DNA from: an uncultured Planctomycetia bacterium
GTDB lineage: Bacteria > Omnitrophota > Gorgyraeia > Gorgyraeales > Gorgyraeaceae
Length of the DNA stretch: 40,829 bases
Direction: 5' to 3'
Assembly: GCA_964637815.1 (NCBI GenBank)
Contig: CAZWYD010000002.1
Coordinates: 1-40,829 of the forward strand
A program made the translations under genes and the position numbers. The notes below the pieces were generated by a model that saw only the letters and a list, made by a program, of their open reading frames with translations, did no database searches and was not told where the DNA came from. Of this stretch, positions 25,797 through 34,818 are shown piece by piece; positions within the stretch are counted from its first letter, which is position 1; each line of letters opens with the position of its first letter.

Positions 25797-26111
25797 TCAA
25801 TTTGTCGAACCTCTACTTGAGTAGAATATATCTGAAGTCGTTGGGAGATAGGCCCTGTCTTGAAGCTTGAATATTTTTACAAAAAGACTCTCATCGAATC
25901 TGATATCCAGGCCCATCTCTTGAACGCTGTCCCTTGAAAGAATAAACCTTATATTCTCTCCAGGTTTTACTAAAACTTCGTTCTTCTGGTCATTATTACC
26001 ATTGTTTATAATACGCGAGTATATTAGAGATTTCTTATCGTGACTCGCATTATTTATCTCTACATGAAGCAACCAAATCTCATCATTCCATTTATATCTG
26101 AACGTCTTCAT
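25797..26111 (-). CDS. Hypothetical 104-aa protein, no recognisable motif, translationally coupled on both sides
   Basis: The ATG at 26111 has GGGAGA ~6 nt upstream. It overlaps the radical-SAM 3' end by 20 nt and ends 5 nt before the GT4 ATG. Sequence looks beta-rich, with no signal peptide or TM segment. Confidence 0.55.
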   Translation of the reverse strand: MKTFRYKWNDEIWLLHVEINNASHDKKSLIYSRIINNGNNDQKNEVLVKPGENIRFILSRDSVQEMGLDIRFDESLFVKIFKLQDRAYLPTTSDIFYSSRGSTN

Positions 26112-27171
26112 ATATCTTCTCCCTATTCTTTAATGCCCTTATATCCGTACCACTCTTGCATATCCTACATATATAGCCTCTACAGTTAAGCTCTAAGTCA
26201 ATGACCCTGGCATTCAAACCTCTTCTTTCTACAAGGAGGCTGCCACAGTTAGCACAATACGTATTAGCGCCTTCATGCATAAACACATTACCTAAATAGC
26301 AATGTCTGATGCCCGCCTTAATAGCCAGATCTCTGGCTCTCTGAAGCGTCTCTACAGCTGGCCTTGGAACATCTGTATATTTATAGTTAGGGTGAAAGCG
26401 GACAAAATGAAGCGGGACATCCACTGAAAGATCCCTCTTAGCCCAGTTGATTAAATCCATGTAGTCCTTTTTATTATCATTCGCACCTGTTACTATAAGA
26501 TTACTTATCTCTATATGATGCCTCTTGGCATCAAAGATCATTTTTGTGCCCTTGATAACGGGATCAATCCATCCGCCTGTCAGCCGACGGTAAAATTCTG
26601 GATTTAGGCTCTTTATTGAAATACTGAAAATATCTATCACTTCCATGAATGCCTCAATGGCCTCAGGAGTCAGAAACAAGGCTGACTTAAAAAGGCTTAA
26701 AATACCATGTCTTCTGGCTAACCGAGCTGTATCCTGTATAAACTCTAACCAGATTGCAGGGTCATTATAGGTCCATGATATAATCTTTATACCCTTATCT
26801 AGTGCCATCTGTACAATCTGTTCTGGGGTATACTCATATATATCCTCTTCTTTAATATGCTCGAGCTGTGAGAATCTCCAGTTCTGGCAAAACTGGCACG
26901 AGAGATTGCACCCTACATTGCCAACAGACAATATCCTGCTGCCAGGCGCAAAGTGAAAGACTGCCTCAGTCTCTATCACTTCTTCTGCTACATGCACTGC
27001 CCTGCCATAGCTTATTGCGTAGAGCGTGCCTTTCTTGTTCATCCTGACCCCGCAGCGCCCTGTTGCCTCGTCTTCTATCACGCAGCGCCTGGGACAAAGA
27101 CTGCACTGGACCTTGCTATCTTTCAATTTCTTGTACAACCTCGCTTCATGATTCGCATTTAACTTTGTCAT
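26092..27171 (-). CDS. Radical SAM enzyme of the AmmeMemoRadiSam / PflA-activase-like branch
   Basis: VQCSLCPRRCVIEDEATGRCGVR (N-terminal Cys cluster), FHFAPGSRILSVG, GCNLSCQFCQNW (CX3CX2C followed by QNW), and a C-terminal Cys4 ribbon (CANCGS...CRICKSG). Start set to the ATG at 27171 (GGAGG 5 nt upstream). The ORF-track extension to 27306 reads through an inverted repeat and overlaps the upstream gene. Confidence 0.85.
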   Translation of the reverse strand: MTKLNANHEARLYKKLKDSKVQCSLCPRRCVIEDEATGRCGVRMNKKGTLYAISYGRAVHVAEEVIETEAVFHFAPGSRILSVGNVGCNLSCQFCQNWRFSQLEHIKEEDIYEYTPEQIVQMALDKGIKIISWTYNDPAIWLEFIQDTARLARRHGILSLFKSALFLTPEAIEAFMEVIDIFSISIKSLNPEFYRRLTGGWIDPVIKGTKMIFDAKRHHIEISNLIVTGANDNKKDYMDLINWAKRDLSVDVPLHFVRFHPNYKYTDVPRPAVETLQRARDLAIKAGIRHCYLGNVFMHEGANTYCANCGSLLVERRGLNARVIDLELNCRGYICRICKSGTDIRALKNREKIYEDVQI

Positions 27172-27180
27172 GACATCCTC

Positions 27181-27240
27181 CCTGTCCGACCTCGTAGGTC
27201 GGATTATTAGATTATTGTCCGACCTACGAGGTCGGACAGG
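27181..27240. repeat. 60-nt nested inverted repeat between the CapK-like gene and the radical SAM gene
   Basis: CCTGTCCGACCTCGTAGGTCGGA - 14-nt AT-rich spacer - TCCGACCTACGAGGTCGGACAGG gives 23-nt perfect arms. Each arm is itself a hairpin (TCCGACCT-CGT-AGGTCGGA). The 27218-27240 arm contains the CapK-like stop codon. On the mRNA, the 27181-27203 arm directly abuts the GGAGG RBS of the radical SAM gene. Confidence 0.85.
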
Positions 27241-28609
27241 TAACCTCGGATATAAACTGCTTAAATTTTCCTCCATCTGTCCTTGAGATACTTGCAACCT
27301 TTTCAACCTGTATATTTATATCGTCTCCGAGAAAATTCTTGATGCTCTTCCTGAGCCTTGATTCATCAGAATCAGAATATCTATCACCTGTCACAACCTT
27401 TACCCTTATCTTGCCTATATCCTCCTGTATGAGCTGCGTCTCTATAACATTGTTCAAATCTATAGAAAGCATCCCTGAAAGAAGTGAGATATGGCGACCA
27501 TCCTTTGTAATAAAAAAATTATCTGTCTTTCTGCCATCTATAGACTTTATCCTCTCAAAATTCCTGCCGCATAGACACTTTTCAGAGGACAGCGTAACGA
27601 TATCCCCTGTCTTATACCTTAAGAGAGGCATTGCAAAATTATTCAATGTCGTTCCTGCGATTTCAAAAGAACCTTCTCTTCCTTTTAAAGGCACTAATTC
27701 TGTAACTGCATCCTCCGGATATATATGGTAACTCCCTTTTTCGCACATACCTATACTAGAGACACGCTCTGCTGTTCCATAATGATCAATGACCCGTGTG
27801 CCAAACTCTTTTTCCATAAACTTTTTCTGGTGCGGCATGAGGACTTCTGAAGACGTAAACACATATTTAAAATCCAACTTCAGGCCCTTGCATCTTAATA
27901 ATTTTGCCATTAGATAACCTGCTGAAGGGACTGTCTCTAGGGCAACTGGTTTATATTTTTTAATCTCGTTAAAATAGTATGCTATATTTTCCTTCGAGAG
28001 GTGATATGCTGAAATAAATAGGCTTTTCTGGAAAAGATCCTTTCTCCAAAAAGGCGGCCTTTTTACATTTGACGGCACAATAGGGCTCGAACGTAAAATC
28101 ACCTTTCTATCGCCAAGATCAAACCCTGCCCAACTTTGCTCTCTTTTTATTATTGCGCGTTCAAAATTGATAGAATGGAGGTCTCGGTAAAGTTTTAAAG
28201 GCGAACCCGTTGTCCCACTTGTAAAGATCTTCCTTGTGAATAACTTCTTTATATTAACGGCTAAAAAATCCTCTGGGTTATTCTTAACATTCTGTTTGGA
28301 AATAAATGGGAGCTTTTTTAGATCATGGACGTTCTTGAAATCTGCAGGCGTCAGAGAGAGTTCCTTGAAAAGCCTCCTGTAATAAGGAACGTTCTCGTAT
28401 GAATGTTTTATAATCAGTTTAAGTTTTTCGCTCTGCAACTCTCGCAATTCTTCCCTTGAATAGTATTGGCTCTTTTCTAAAGAAGAAAGGGCCCCTTTAA
28501 AGGTCAGACCTTCTCTTAATAGCTTGAAAGCTAGGCCCTGCAAAGAAATAATGCATTCTTGCATATTAAGCGGGCTGTTTATATAAAATTGCGTCATAAA
28601 GATATTCAT
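27224..28609 (-). CDS. CapK / PaaK / coenzyme F390 synthetase-like adenylate-forming enzyme
   Basis: 461 aa. The FTSGTTGSPLKLY P-loop-like AMP-binding motif, YGTAE, and the overall length and architecture fit the phenylacetate-CoA ligase-like (CapK) family. RBS GAGGT. Confidence 0.85.
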   Translation of the reverse strand: MNIFMTQFYINSPLNMQECIISLQGLAFKLLREGLTFKGALSSLEKSQYYSREELRELQSEKLKLIIKHSYENVPYYRRLFKELSLTPADFKNVHDLKKLPFISKQNVKNNPEDFLAVNIKKLFTRKIFTSGTTGSPLKLYRDLHSINFERAIIKREQSWAGFDLGDRKVILRSSPIVPSNVKRPPFWRKDLFQKSLFISAYHLSKENIAYYFNEIKKYKPVALETVPSAGYLMAKLLRCKGLKLDFKYVFTSSEVLMPHQKKFMEKEFGTRVIDHYGTAERVSSIGMCEKGSYHIYPEDAVTELVPLKGREGSFEIAGTTLNNFAMPLLRYKTGDIVTLSSEKCLCGRNFERIKSIDGRKTDNFFITKDGRHISLLSGMLSIDLNNVIETQLIQEDIGKIRVKVVTGDRYSDSDESRLRKSIKNFLGDDINIQVEKVASISRTDGGKFKQFISEVTCPTS

Positions 28610-28621
28610 ATCACGACCTCG

Positions 28622-29443
28622 TTATTTCTTAAGAATCAAAATGCATTCGCCACAATATCTATTTAAAAATGGGAAAATTCCCAGTATGACATCGTCTAGC
28701 CTTTTTACGATCAGCAGAAACCATCGTACTAATGGAAGGTTTAAATGCTTTACAAAAACCCTCTTGATCATAAACAAAAAAGACATCATTTCAATTTTAT
28801 ATTCTGAGAAACCTCGAGCAAAACTCTCCATATCGCTCAGAGAAAGCTCTACGTCTCCTTTTGTTTTTATTTTCCGCGTAGTAAAAAACCTTCCAAGCTT
28901 AAAAAATATATTCCCTCTTAGAGTTTCTGCACAAATAACCATTCCGCCTTTTTTAACCACTCTGAGTACCTCCTCTTTTACATTCGGATACTTAGTTGCG
29001 TGGTGTAATACTTCATGAAAAATAACTATATCAAAAGAATCATTCGGATAGCTTATGGATGAAGCATTCTGTACAGAAAAATGACACATATCCTTAACCT
29101 TGTTTGCCCTTGCAAGCTTGTTAGCTACCGATATGCCAGCAGGTGAAATATCGAAACCATAGACTATCGCTCCTAATAAGGCAAAAAATACAGAATACTG
29201 TCCATTCCCACATCCAACATCTAATATGACTTTATCCTTTAATGTCTTTAAATTAACTATTTCAAAAACCCGCTTCGTTCTGTGTCCTCTGTCGCTCCGC
29301 CTTCCTGCTTTAAAACAGTAATCCTGCCACCATATTACATGCCTCGGATCTATCACATATGTCTTAAAATCAAACGGAAGGCTGTTTCTATAGTGAATAT
29401 CATGCTCTTTCCTCTCTATTTGCTCCCAATCATTAATAAACAA
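28622..29443 (-). CDS. Class I SAM-dependent methyltransferase
   Basis: ILDVGCGNGQYS (motif I) and DIVIFHEVLHH (motif II/III region). TTG start with GGAGG 7 nt upstream. Confidence 0.85.
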   Translation of the reverse strand: MFINDWEQIERKEHDIHYRNSLPFDFKTYVIDPRHVIWWQDYCFKAGRRSDRGHRTKRVFEIVNLKTLKDKVILDVGCGNGQYSVFFALLGAIVYGFDISPAGISVANKLARANKVKDMCHFSVQNASSISYPNDSFDIVIFHEVLHHATKYPNVKEEVLRVVKKGGMVICAETLRGNIFFKLGRFFTTRKIKTKGDVELSLSDMESFARGFSEYKIEMMSFLFMIKRVFVKHLNLPLVRWFLLIVKRLDDVILGIFPFLNRYCGECILILKK

Positions 29444-30947
29444 CTTGTTGCCTCCTCTTCAATATCAGACCTATGTGTTCAGACAATTTAATTCTTTTGT
29501 TTAGATGCAACATGAATGGTATAGAAACCCCTATAAGTATTAGTACTTTTAGAAAAACAAATATTAGATCTGTCAAAAAGACATTATTGTCTTTTAATGT
29601 AAAATTTAAAGCTATTGTAACAACAAGCGTGATCAGATAAGGAAAATAAATATTTGCACATATGGCAAGGTAATCGAGCCATTTTTTAAAATAAAAACTC
29701 GCCGCATAAAGAAAAAATGACGTCCCTAACAAAAAACTTACAATTGCCGTTGTAAAGGCAACACCTCTTATACCAAAACCCATTTTTAAAACCAAGAAAT
29801 CTAATAAGGCGCTTAAAAATGCAGCAATTAAATAAAAATATGGTACTCTATTCTGCTTATTGACTGCAGTAAGAAAACTTACAGTAGTAGGGGCGAACAG
29901 CAAAAAGAACTTCCCAAAAAGGACAATAAAAAGAGGCCCCAATGAAGGCATATAGTAAGGCATGAAATATCTGATGACAAAAGATGAGATAAAGTAAACT
30001 ATGCCTATAAACAAAGGTAAAAAAGTAGCCATTGCTTTAGTGGGAACCAATAGATATTTTTTCAAAGATTTGATATCTTCTGTTTCACCATATTCGCGGA
30101 AAAGCCGCGGTTCAACCACTCTGTTGACAACCATGGGTAAATAAGTAATGAATCTGAAGATTAGTAGTGCCAGCGCGTAATAACCAAGTTCAGTAGCACC
30201 AAGGAATTTCAATATTAATATCTTATCTACTGTAAAAAGGATAAAAGGAAATAAAAATAGTGATAACAAAGGAAGGCCTATTTTTACTAATTTAAATATA
30301 ATTTTGAAATCGAGCCTTATCCTAGGTTTATAGCGCGTCTTGAAATAAAAAAACGAAATTATTGCAAGAGGACCAAAGATTGCAACTGCATATATGCCAT
30401 AAATATTCCATTTGGTGACAAGCAAAATCGTAAGCACTACACACACTACTGGAAATAAAAAATCTGCCATAGCTATAATTGAAAATCTTTTTATAGAAGC
30501 AAGGGCTAGTCTATAAAAGGTCACTGTGTTTTGCACTACTATTAAAATTGAAATAGTGACTATGCCTGCCATTCCTGTCAGGCCGAGGCGCTCTCTGAAA
30601 AACAAAGAACATATAACTATTAAAATAGCTATTATGATAGATGTAATTATACAAAAACCAAACGCATTGGCACGCACAACATCTGCTTTTCTCTCGTCGC
30701 CTTTTCCTAAATTATAAGGTATCTCTCTAGACATACCCTGCAGCACGCCCATATGAGCATAAAAACCAAAGCTCAATATAATATTAAGGCCTGCCCAAAG
30801 ACCATACATGCTAGGCCCAACAATGCTTGCATTTAGAAACCCCCGCAAGAAATATGCTATATTTGCAAAATACGAGCTAACAGAAAAAATAGATATATCC
30901 TGCATCATTTCTACTTTTTTACTTTTGTTATCTATAATGTCTTGCAT
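29433..30947 (-). CDS. wzx: Wzx-type oligosaccharide flippase (MOP superfamily)
   Basis: 504 aa with ~12-14 TM helices. Polysaccharide-biosynthesis-protein-like organisation and position next to the Wzy genes. Confidence 0.75.
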   Translation of the reverse strand: MQDIIDNKSKKVEMMQDISIFSVSSYFANIAYFLRGFLNASIVGPSMYGLWAGLNIILSFGFYAHMGVLQGMSREIPYNLGKGDERKADVVRANAFGFCIITSIIIAILIVICSLFFRERLGLTGMAGIVTISILIVVQNTVTFYRLALASIKRFSIIAMADFLFPVVCVVLTILLVTKWNIYGIYAVAIFGPLAIISFFYFKTRYKPRIRLDFKIIFKLVKIGLPLLSLFLFPFILFTVDKILILKFLGATELGYYALALLIFRFITYLPMVVNRVVEPRLFREYGETEDIKSLKKYLLVPTKAMATFLPLFIGIVYFISSFVIRYFMPYYMPSLGPLFIVLFGKFFLLFAPTTVSFLTAVNKQNRVPYFYLIAAFLSALLDFLVLKMGFGIRGVAFTTAIVSFLLGTSFFLYAASFYFKKWLDYLAICANIYFPYLITLVVTIALNFTLKDNNVFLTDLIFVFLKVLILIGVSIPFMLHLNKRIKLSEHIGLILKRRQQVVY

Positions 30948-32350
30948 TTGATTTGCCTTTCATATAATCCTACTATAATACCTGCCAACAGATAAAAAAT
31001 AACATTATGAAACAAATGGTATTTCATATCTATAAAAAATGCATTAATTATATAAGCTATTGCCATTGCCCAAAAAGCGACAACAATTCCTTTACTCATA
31101 AATCCTTCGCCTTTTAGCTGCCTAAATAGAAAAAGGCTCTTTCGAAAAATTAACATTAATATAGAAATAAATACAAGGAATCCCACCCCCCCTAACTCTA
31201 CTAGCGTACCAGCAAATGTGTCGTGTATCGTCGGAATAGAAACGACATAAGGATCGTCTCTCTTACGCTTGCTAAAATATTCATGACTATAGCGATTAAA
31301 ATTTGCAAATCCAAATCCTAAAAATGGTCTATCTTTAAACATGGCTAGGTATGTATGATAAAGGTTTATCCTGTCATATACAGGGCCCACTTGATAGACT
31401 CGCGACTCTAATCTCTCCATATCTACTATTTTTAAATGCAATGGGATTAATAGAATCAAACCCAACAATACAAGACAGACAATATATTTTCTAAATTTGC
31501 GATTTAAAAATAACATAAACGTAAAAGACAATAAAAAAGCAAGCCATGCAGCCCTTGTGTAAGTAAAAAAGATTGCTACAGGTGATAAAATAGAAATTGC
31601 GATAAAAAAGATTTTGCGGAGACGCCTTGCATTGATTGCCATGTATAAATTCGTAATGGACAACATACCTAAAACAGTTCCATTTATGGCTGCCTGGAGA
31701 AAAGGCCCTCTTGAGCGGCCAAAATGTATCCCTATTGCTGGATTCATTATATCCTTGGGAAAGAGCAGATTAGTCAATTTAAAATTCTCAAAAATAGAGG
31801 TTGCACTTAAATATAAAAGGATGATGCTTAAAAACACGAATAACTTATGTATCTTCTGTTCATCGTTAATAAAATCCTTCGCAATAATAAAAGCAGTAAA
31901 GGAAACTATGTATGTATTAAATAAAAAAGAATAGGCATCGAGAATCTCTCTTGAAAGAGAAGTGCCTTTCATCCTTATTATAGAAAAGATGCTCACGCTA
32001 CATAATACAAGCATCAATGCCTCTATTGCTCTATATCTAAGATGAACCCGACTTGTTACTACATGCAGAAAATAATAAGTAACCAAAAAAAGATACAGCA
32101 CTCTATCAAGCGATAAACTAGGCAACCCTATACCAAGAGGAATTTTAGTAAACATCACGAAAAGCAAAGATAAAAGCCACACAATAACACCGTTTGTCAT
32201 ATCTTTGAATGAGAAATAAAAAAGAAAAAGAGTTCCCAAAAGAATTATCTGAAGCATTAGAAAATTTATAGGCGTAATCAGGACAGCTATCAAAAGCGCC
32301 AATCCAAATACCACCGTTAAGCCTAAGGTTTTATATAAGATCTTCATCAT
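30932..32350 (-). CDS. Wzy_C (O-antigen ligase/polymerase family) membrane protein
   Basis: 472 aa, polytopic. FFTYTRAAWLAFLLSF is the characteristic Wzy_C loop/helix signature. ATGA overlap with the upstream gene. Confidence 0.8.
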   Translation of the reverse strand: MMKILYKTLGLTVVFGLALLIAVLITPINFLMLQIILLGTLFLFYFSFKDMTNGVIVWLLSLLFVMFTKIPLGIGLPSLSLDRVLYLFLVTYYFLHVVTSRVHLRYRAIEALMLVLCSVSIFSIIRMKGTSLSREILDAYSFLFNTYIVSFTAFIIAKDFINDEQKIHKLFVFLSIILLYLSATSIFENFKLTNLLFPKDIMNPAIGIHFGRSRGPFLQAAINGTVLGMLSITNLYMAINARRLRKIFFIAISILSPVAIFFTYTRAAWLAFLLSFTFMLFLNRKFRKYIVCLVLLGLILLIPLHLKIVDMERLESRVYQVGPVYDRINLYHTYLAMFKDRPFLGFGFANFNRYSHEYFSKRKRDDPYVVSIPTIHDTFAGTLVELGGVGFLVFISILMLIFRKSLFLFRQLKGEGFMSKGIVVAFWAMAIAYIINAFFIDMKYHLFHNVIFYLLAGIIVGLYERQIKCKTL

Positions 32351-34818
32351 AGTGCCTTTAATTTAACGCTACTGATATAGAGATTCCTATCTTCCCCGGC
32401 CTCTACGTCGTAATAGTCGTTATCAAATATAATCTCAAACCTATTAATAGGATAATCTACGATTACAATCCCCGGATAAAAATCCCAGGATTCATTATCT
32501 ACATAAGCATCCATGGACTTTTTATCATTAAATCTCACTATCATATGAGGCCAGATATCTACTGCTTTCTTCCCTCTTGCCTTAATATTAAATTCATATA
32601 TTCCTGCTGGCAAAATCATGTCCAAGTTTAATCTCCCATCCTTGTGCATACCTTTTCTGATTTCAAATTTCACTTCAAAATTACTATCATCTAGATCAAA
32701 TGCCACAGATGCGCCATTAAATGCCAATATATTAGATGCATCCTCTGGCTTTTTCAGTAGCTTATACTTCACCTGATAGCCTTCTGGATTTTTAGAATCT
32801 AAGGTGATTGACCTTTCTGAAAATCTTTTAGCTGTTTCAGTAAATCCTTTCCTTAGATAATAATCAGATAATGCTGCAAATAATACTGATTTAGTCTTTC
32901 TCGAAGAAGTCATCTCTTTAAATTTATTAAAAGCCTCTGCTACAGAAAATATCTTCATGTAACACCGTAACTGCCCTAAATGAGCAGGTTCTTTAGATTC
33001 AAGAAACCCCTCTGCTATACTATAAAACACCAATGCCTTATTGTAATCTTTGGAAAGAAAAGCCAAGTTCCCTGCATCCAGATAGCTCTCGCCATCAGGA
33101 TGTTTGTCGTAACTGGACATTACATATGAGGCCTTTCTGTACATCTGGCTCGAAAGGTGCGAAGCTCCTGTATTTAACAAGAATTCTGCGGATTTCGTCA
33201 GGTAATAAGAATTCAAGGGGTCTAACTCAACTGCCCTATTATAAGCTGAAACTGCTGATTTAGAAATTCCTTGATCCTTGTAGACATCAGCCAATCCTAT
33301 CCATGACCATGCATCTATAGGATTTAGACGCAGGGCCTGTTTGAAACTTTTTTCGGACTCTTTCATATCGGCCTTTTTACGGTAAATACCGGCAAGCTTA
33401 TAAGGATAAAGATAATTCAATGGGCTTAATCTTGTAGCCAGAATACCCATATGCCTTGCCTTCTCTAGTTCATTTTTGTAGAGGGCCTTGGTAGATGCCG
33501 ATGAGCAGAGTTCTGCAAAGAAAAGACTTCCCATGAAAACGATCAATGCCGCTACAGTTACAAAAATCGCCGACTTCAAAAATCTATAGATAACCGGGCG
33601 CTGTCTTAAAATAATAGATTCATATCCTTTTTCTTTCTTCGAGGTCAGATTAAATATAAGAGCAGAAAATACTGTAAATATTATGACATTTGCCGGTATA
33701 TAAAAATTAAAATCTGCTATCGCATGAATCGATAGACTTAAAATGGCTGTTGATAAAGCAAGTGAAAGCCATTTCTTAAAGGACGTCCTTGCTATACTAT
33801 GTGTCCTAAAGCCCTTTCGAATTATCATAGCGACAATCAGGACCATTAGCATAAAACCAAAGATACCCATATCAGAAAAGACTTGCAGGTAATCATTATG
33901 AGCGAAATTTGCAAACCGATTTAACTCCGCAGGTCTATATTTTGGGAAATTATAGATAAAACTTCCCGGGCCTGTGCCAAGAAGCCAGTTATCCTTTATT
34001 ATGCCGACTGACCCTTTCCAAATTAACGATCGGCCTGATAGATCAAATTCAACGTAGCTGGATATCCTTTTGAACAATACGTCAATATGGGCGCTATTAA
34101 ATATAAAGACTGCCATGGTTACCAAAAGAAGTATAATTATGAAAAGACTGAATCTGGCCCTGCCTTTTCTAAATATGGCCGTGAACATGAAAATCATTGC
34201 GATTGTCAACGCAAACCATCCACCACGGGACAGGGAAAGTAAAAATGCTATAGACATAATTAAAAAAGAATATACGTACATTGTCTTTTTCCCTATCTCT
34301 TTTTCTGATAAAATCATGCCCACACATAGAGGCATACAAAGTTCCATTAGTCCTGCGAAATGGTTATGATTGACATATGTAGCAGAAAGAAATCTAGAGA
34401 CATCCCACCATGATCTATTTATTACTCCCAGATATTGAAGTATGCCGAACAGGGCAATACCTGTGCCTGTTATCAAAATTACATCTAGTAATTTTTTTAT
34501 ATCGCGTTCTTTGTTTATAAAATTTATTACTATATAAAATATGGCTGCCAGACTCAACAGTCTTACAAATTCCGCAAGCGTTGCATAAATATAGCTGGAA
34601 TTAAAAGATGCTACAACAAAGACAAAGAAAAAAGCTAGTATCGGTATATCCAGTGGAGTCCTCTTTATCTTTATATCCTTTTCTGAAAAGATCTTGAAGA
34701 TACAGAAAAGCCCGAGTGATAACGCCAGGATCTGTACAGGCGCAAAGGCCCATGCACGCGTTGCTCCTCTCGCTATAGGTGCAAATATCAGTATTGAGAT
34801 TAAGAAAAGTTGTATCAT
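32347..34818 (-). CDS. Wzy_C family membrane protein fused to TPR repeats and a C-terminal beta-sandwich (CBM-like) domain
   Basis: 823 aa. LSLSRGGWFALTIAMIF Wzy_C signature within ~12 TM helices. TPR units follow (SWIGLADVYKDQGISKSAVSAYNRAVELDP). The terminal ~140 aa are beta-rich and end in NDYYDVEAGEDRNLYISSVKL, which resembles carbohydrate-binding modules. Confidence 0.8.
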   Translation of the reverse strand: MIQLFLISILIFAPIARGATRAWAFAPVQILALSLGLFCIFKIFSEKDIKIKRTPLDIPILAFFFVFVVASFNSSYIYATLAEFVRLLSLAAIFYIVINFINKERDIKKLLDVILITGTGIALFGILQYLGVINRSWWDVSRFLSATYVNHNHFAGLMELCMPLCVGMILSEKEIGKKTMYVYSFLIMSIAFLLSLSRGGWFALTIAMIFMFTAIFRKGRARFSLFIIILLLVTMAVFIFNSAHIDVLFKRISSYVEFDLSGRSLIWKGSVGIIKDNWLLGTGPGSFIYNFPKYRPAELNRFANFAHNDYLQVFSDMGIFGFMLMVLIVAMIIRKGFRTHSIARTSFKKWLSLALSTAILSLSIHAIADFNFYIPANVIIFTVFSALIFNLTSKKEKGYESIILRQRPVIYRFLKSAIFVTVAALIVFMGSLFFAELCSSASTKALYKNELEKARHMGILATRLSPLNYLYPYKLAGIYRKKADMKESEKSFKQALRLNPIDAWSWIGLADVYKDQGISKSAVSAYNRAVELDPLNSYYLTKSAEFLLNTGASHLSSQMYRKASYVMSSYDKHPDGESYLDAGNLAFLSKDYNKALVFYSIAEGFLESKEPAHLGQLRCYMKIFSVAEAFNKFKEMTSSRKTKSVLFAALSDYYLRKGFTETAKRFSERSITLDSKNPEGYQVKYKLLKKPEDASNILAFNGASVAFDLDDSNFEVKFEIRKGMHKDGRLNLDMILPAGIYEFNIKARGKKAVDIWPHMIVRFNDKKSMDAYVDNESWDFYPGIVIVDYPINRFEIIFDNDYYDVEAGEDRNLYISSVKLKAL

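Noticed and set aside
26092-27171. A complete AmmeMemoRadiSam system
   Set aside because: Only the radical SAM component is recognisable. No AMMECR1-like or Memo-like ORF occurs in the 40 kb, so the canonical three-gene system is not present here.
27172-27306. 45-codon N-terminal extension of the radical SAM ORF (track start 27306)
   Set aside because: The extension reads straight through the inverted repeat, giving an Arg/Pro/Ser-rich peptide, and overlaps the CapK-like gene by 83 nt. The ATG at 27171 has a GGAGG RBS and gives the family-typical N-terminus.
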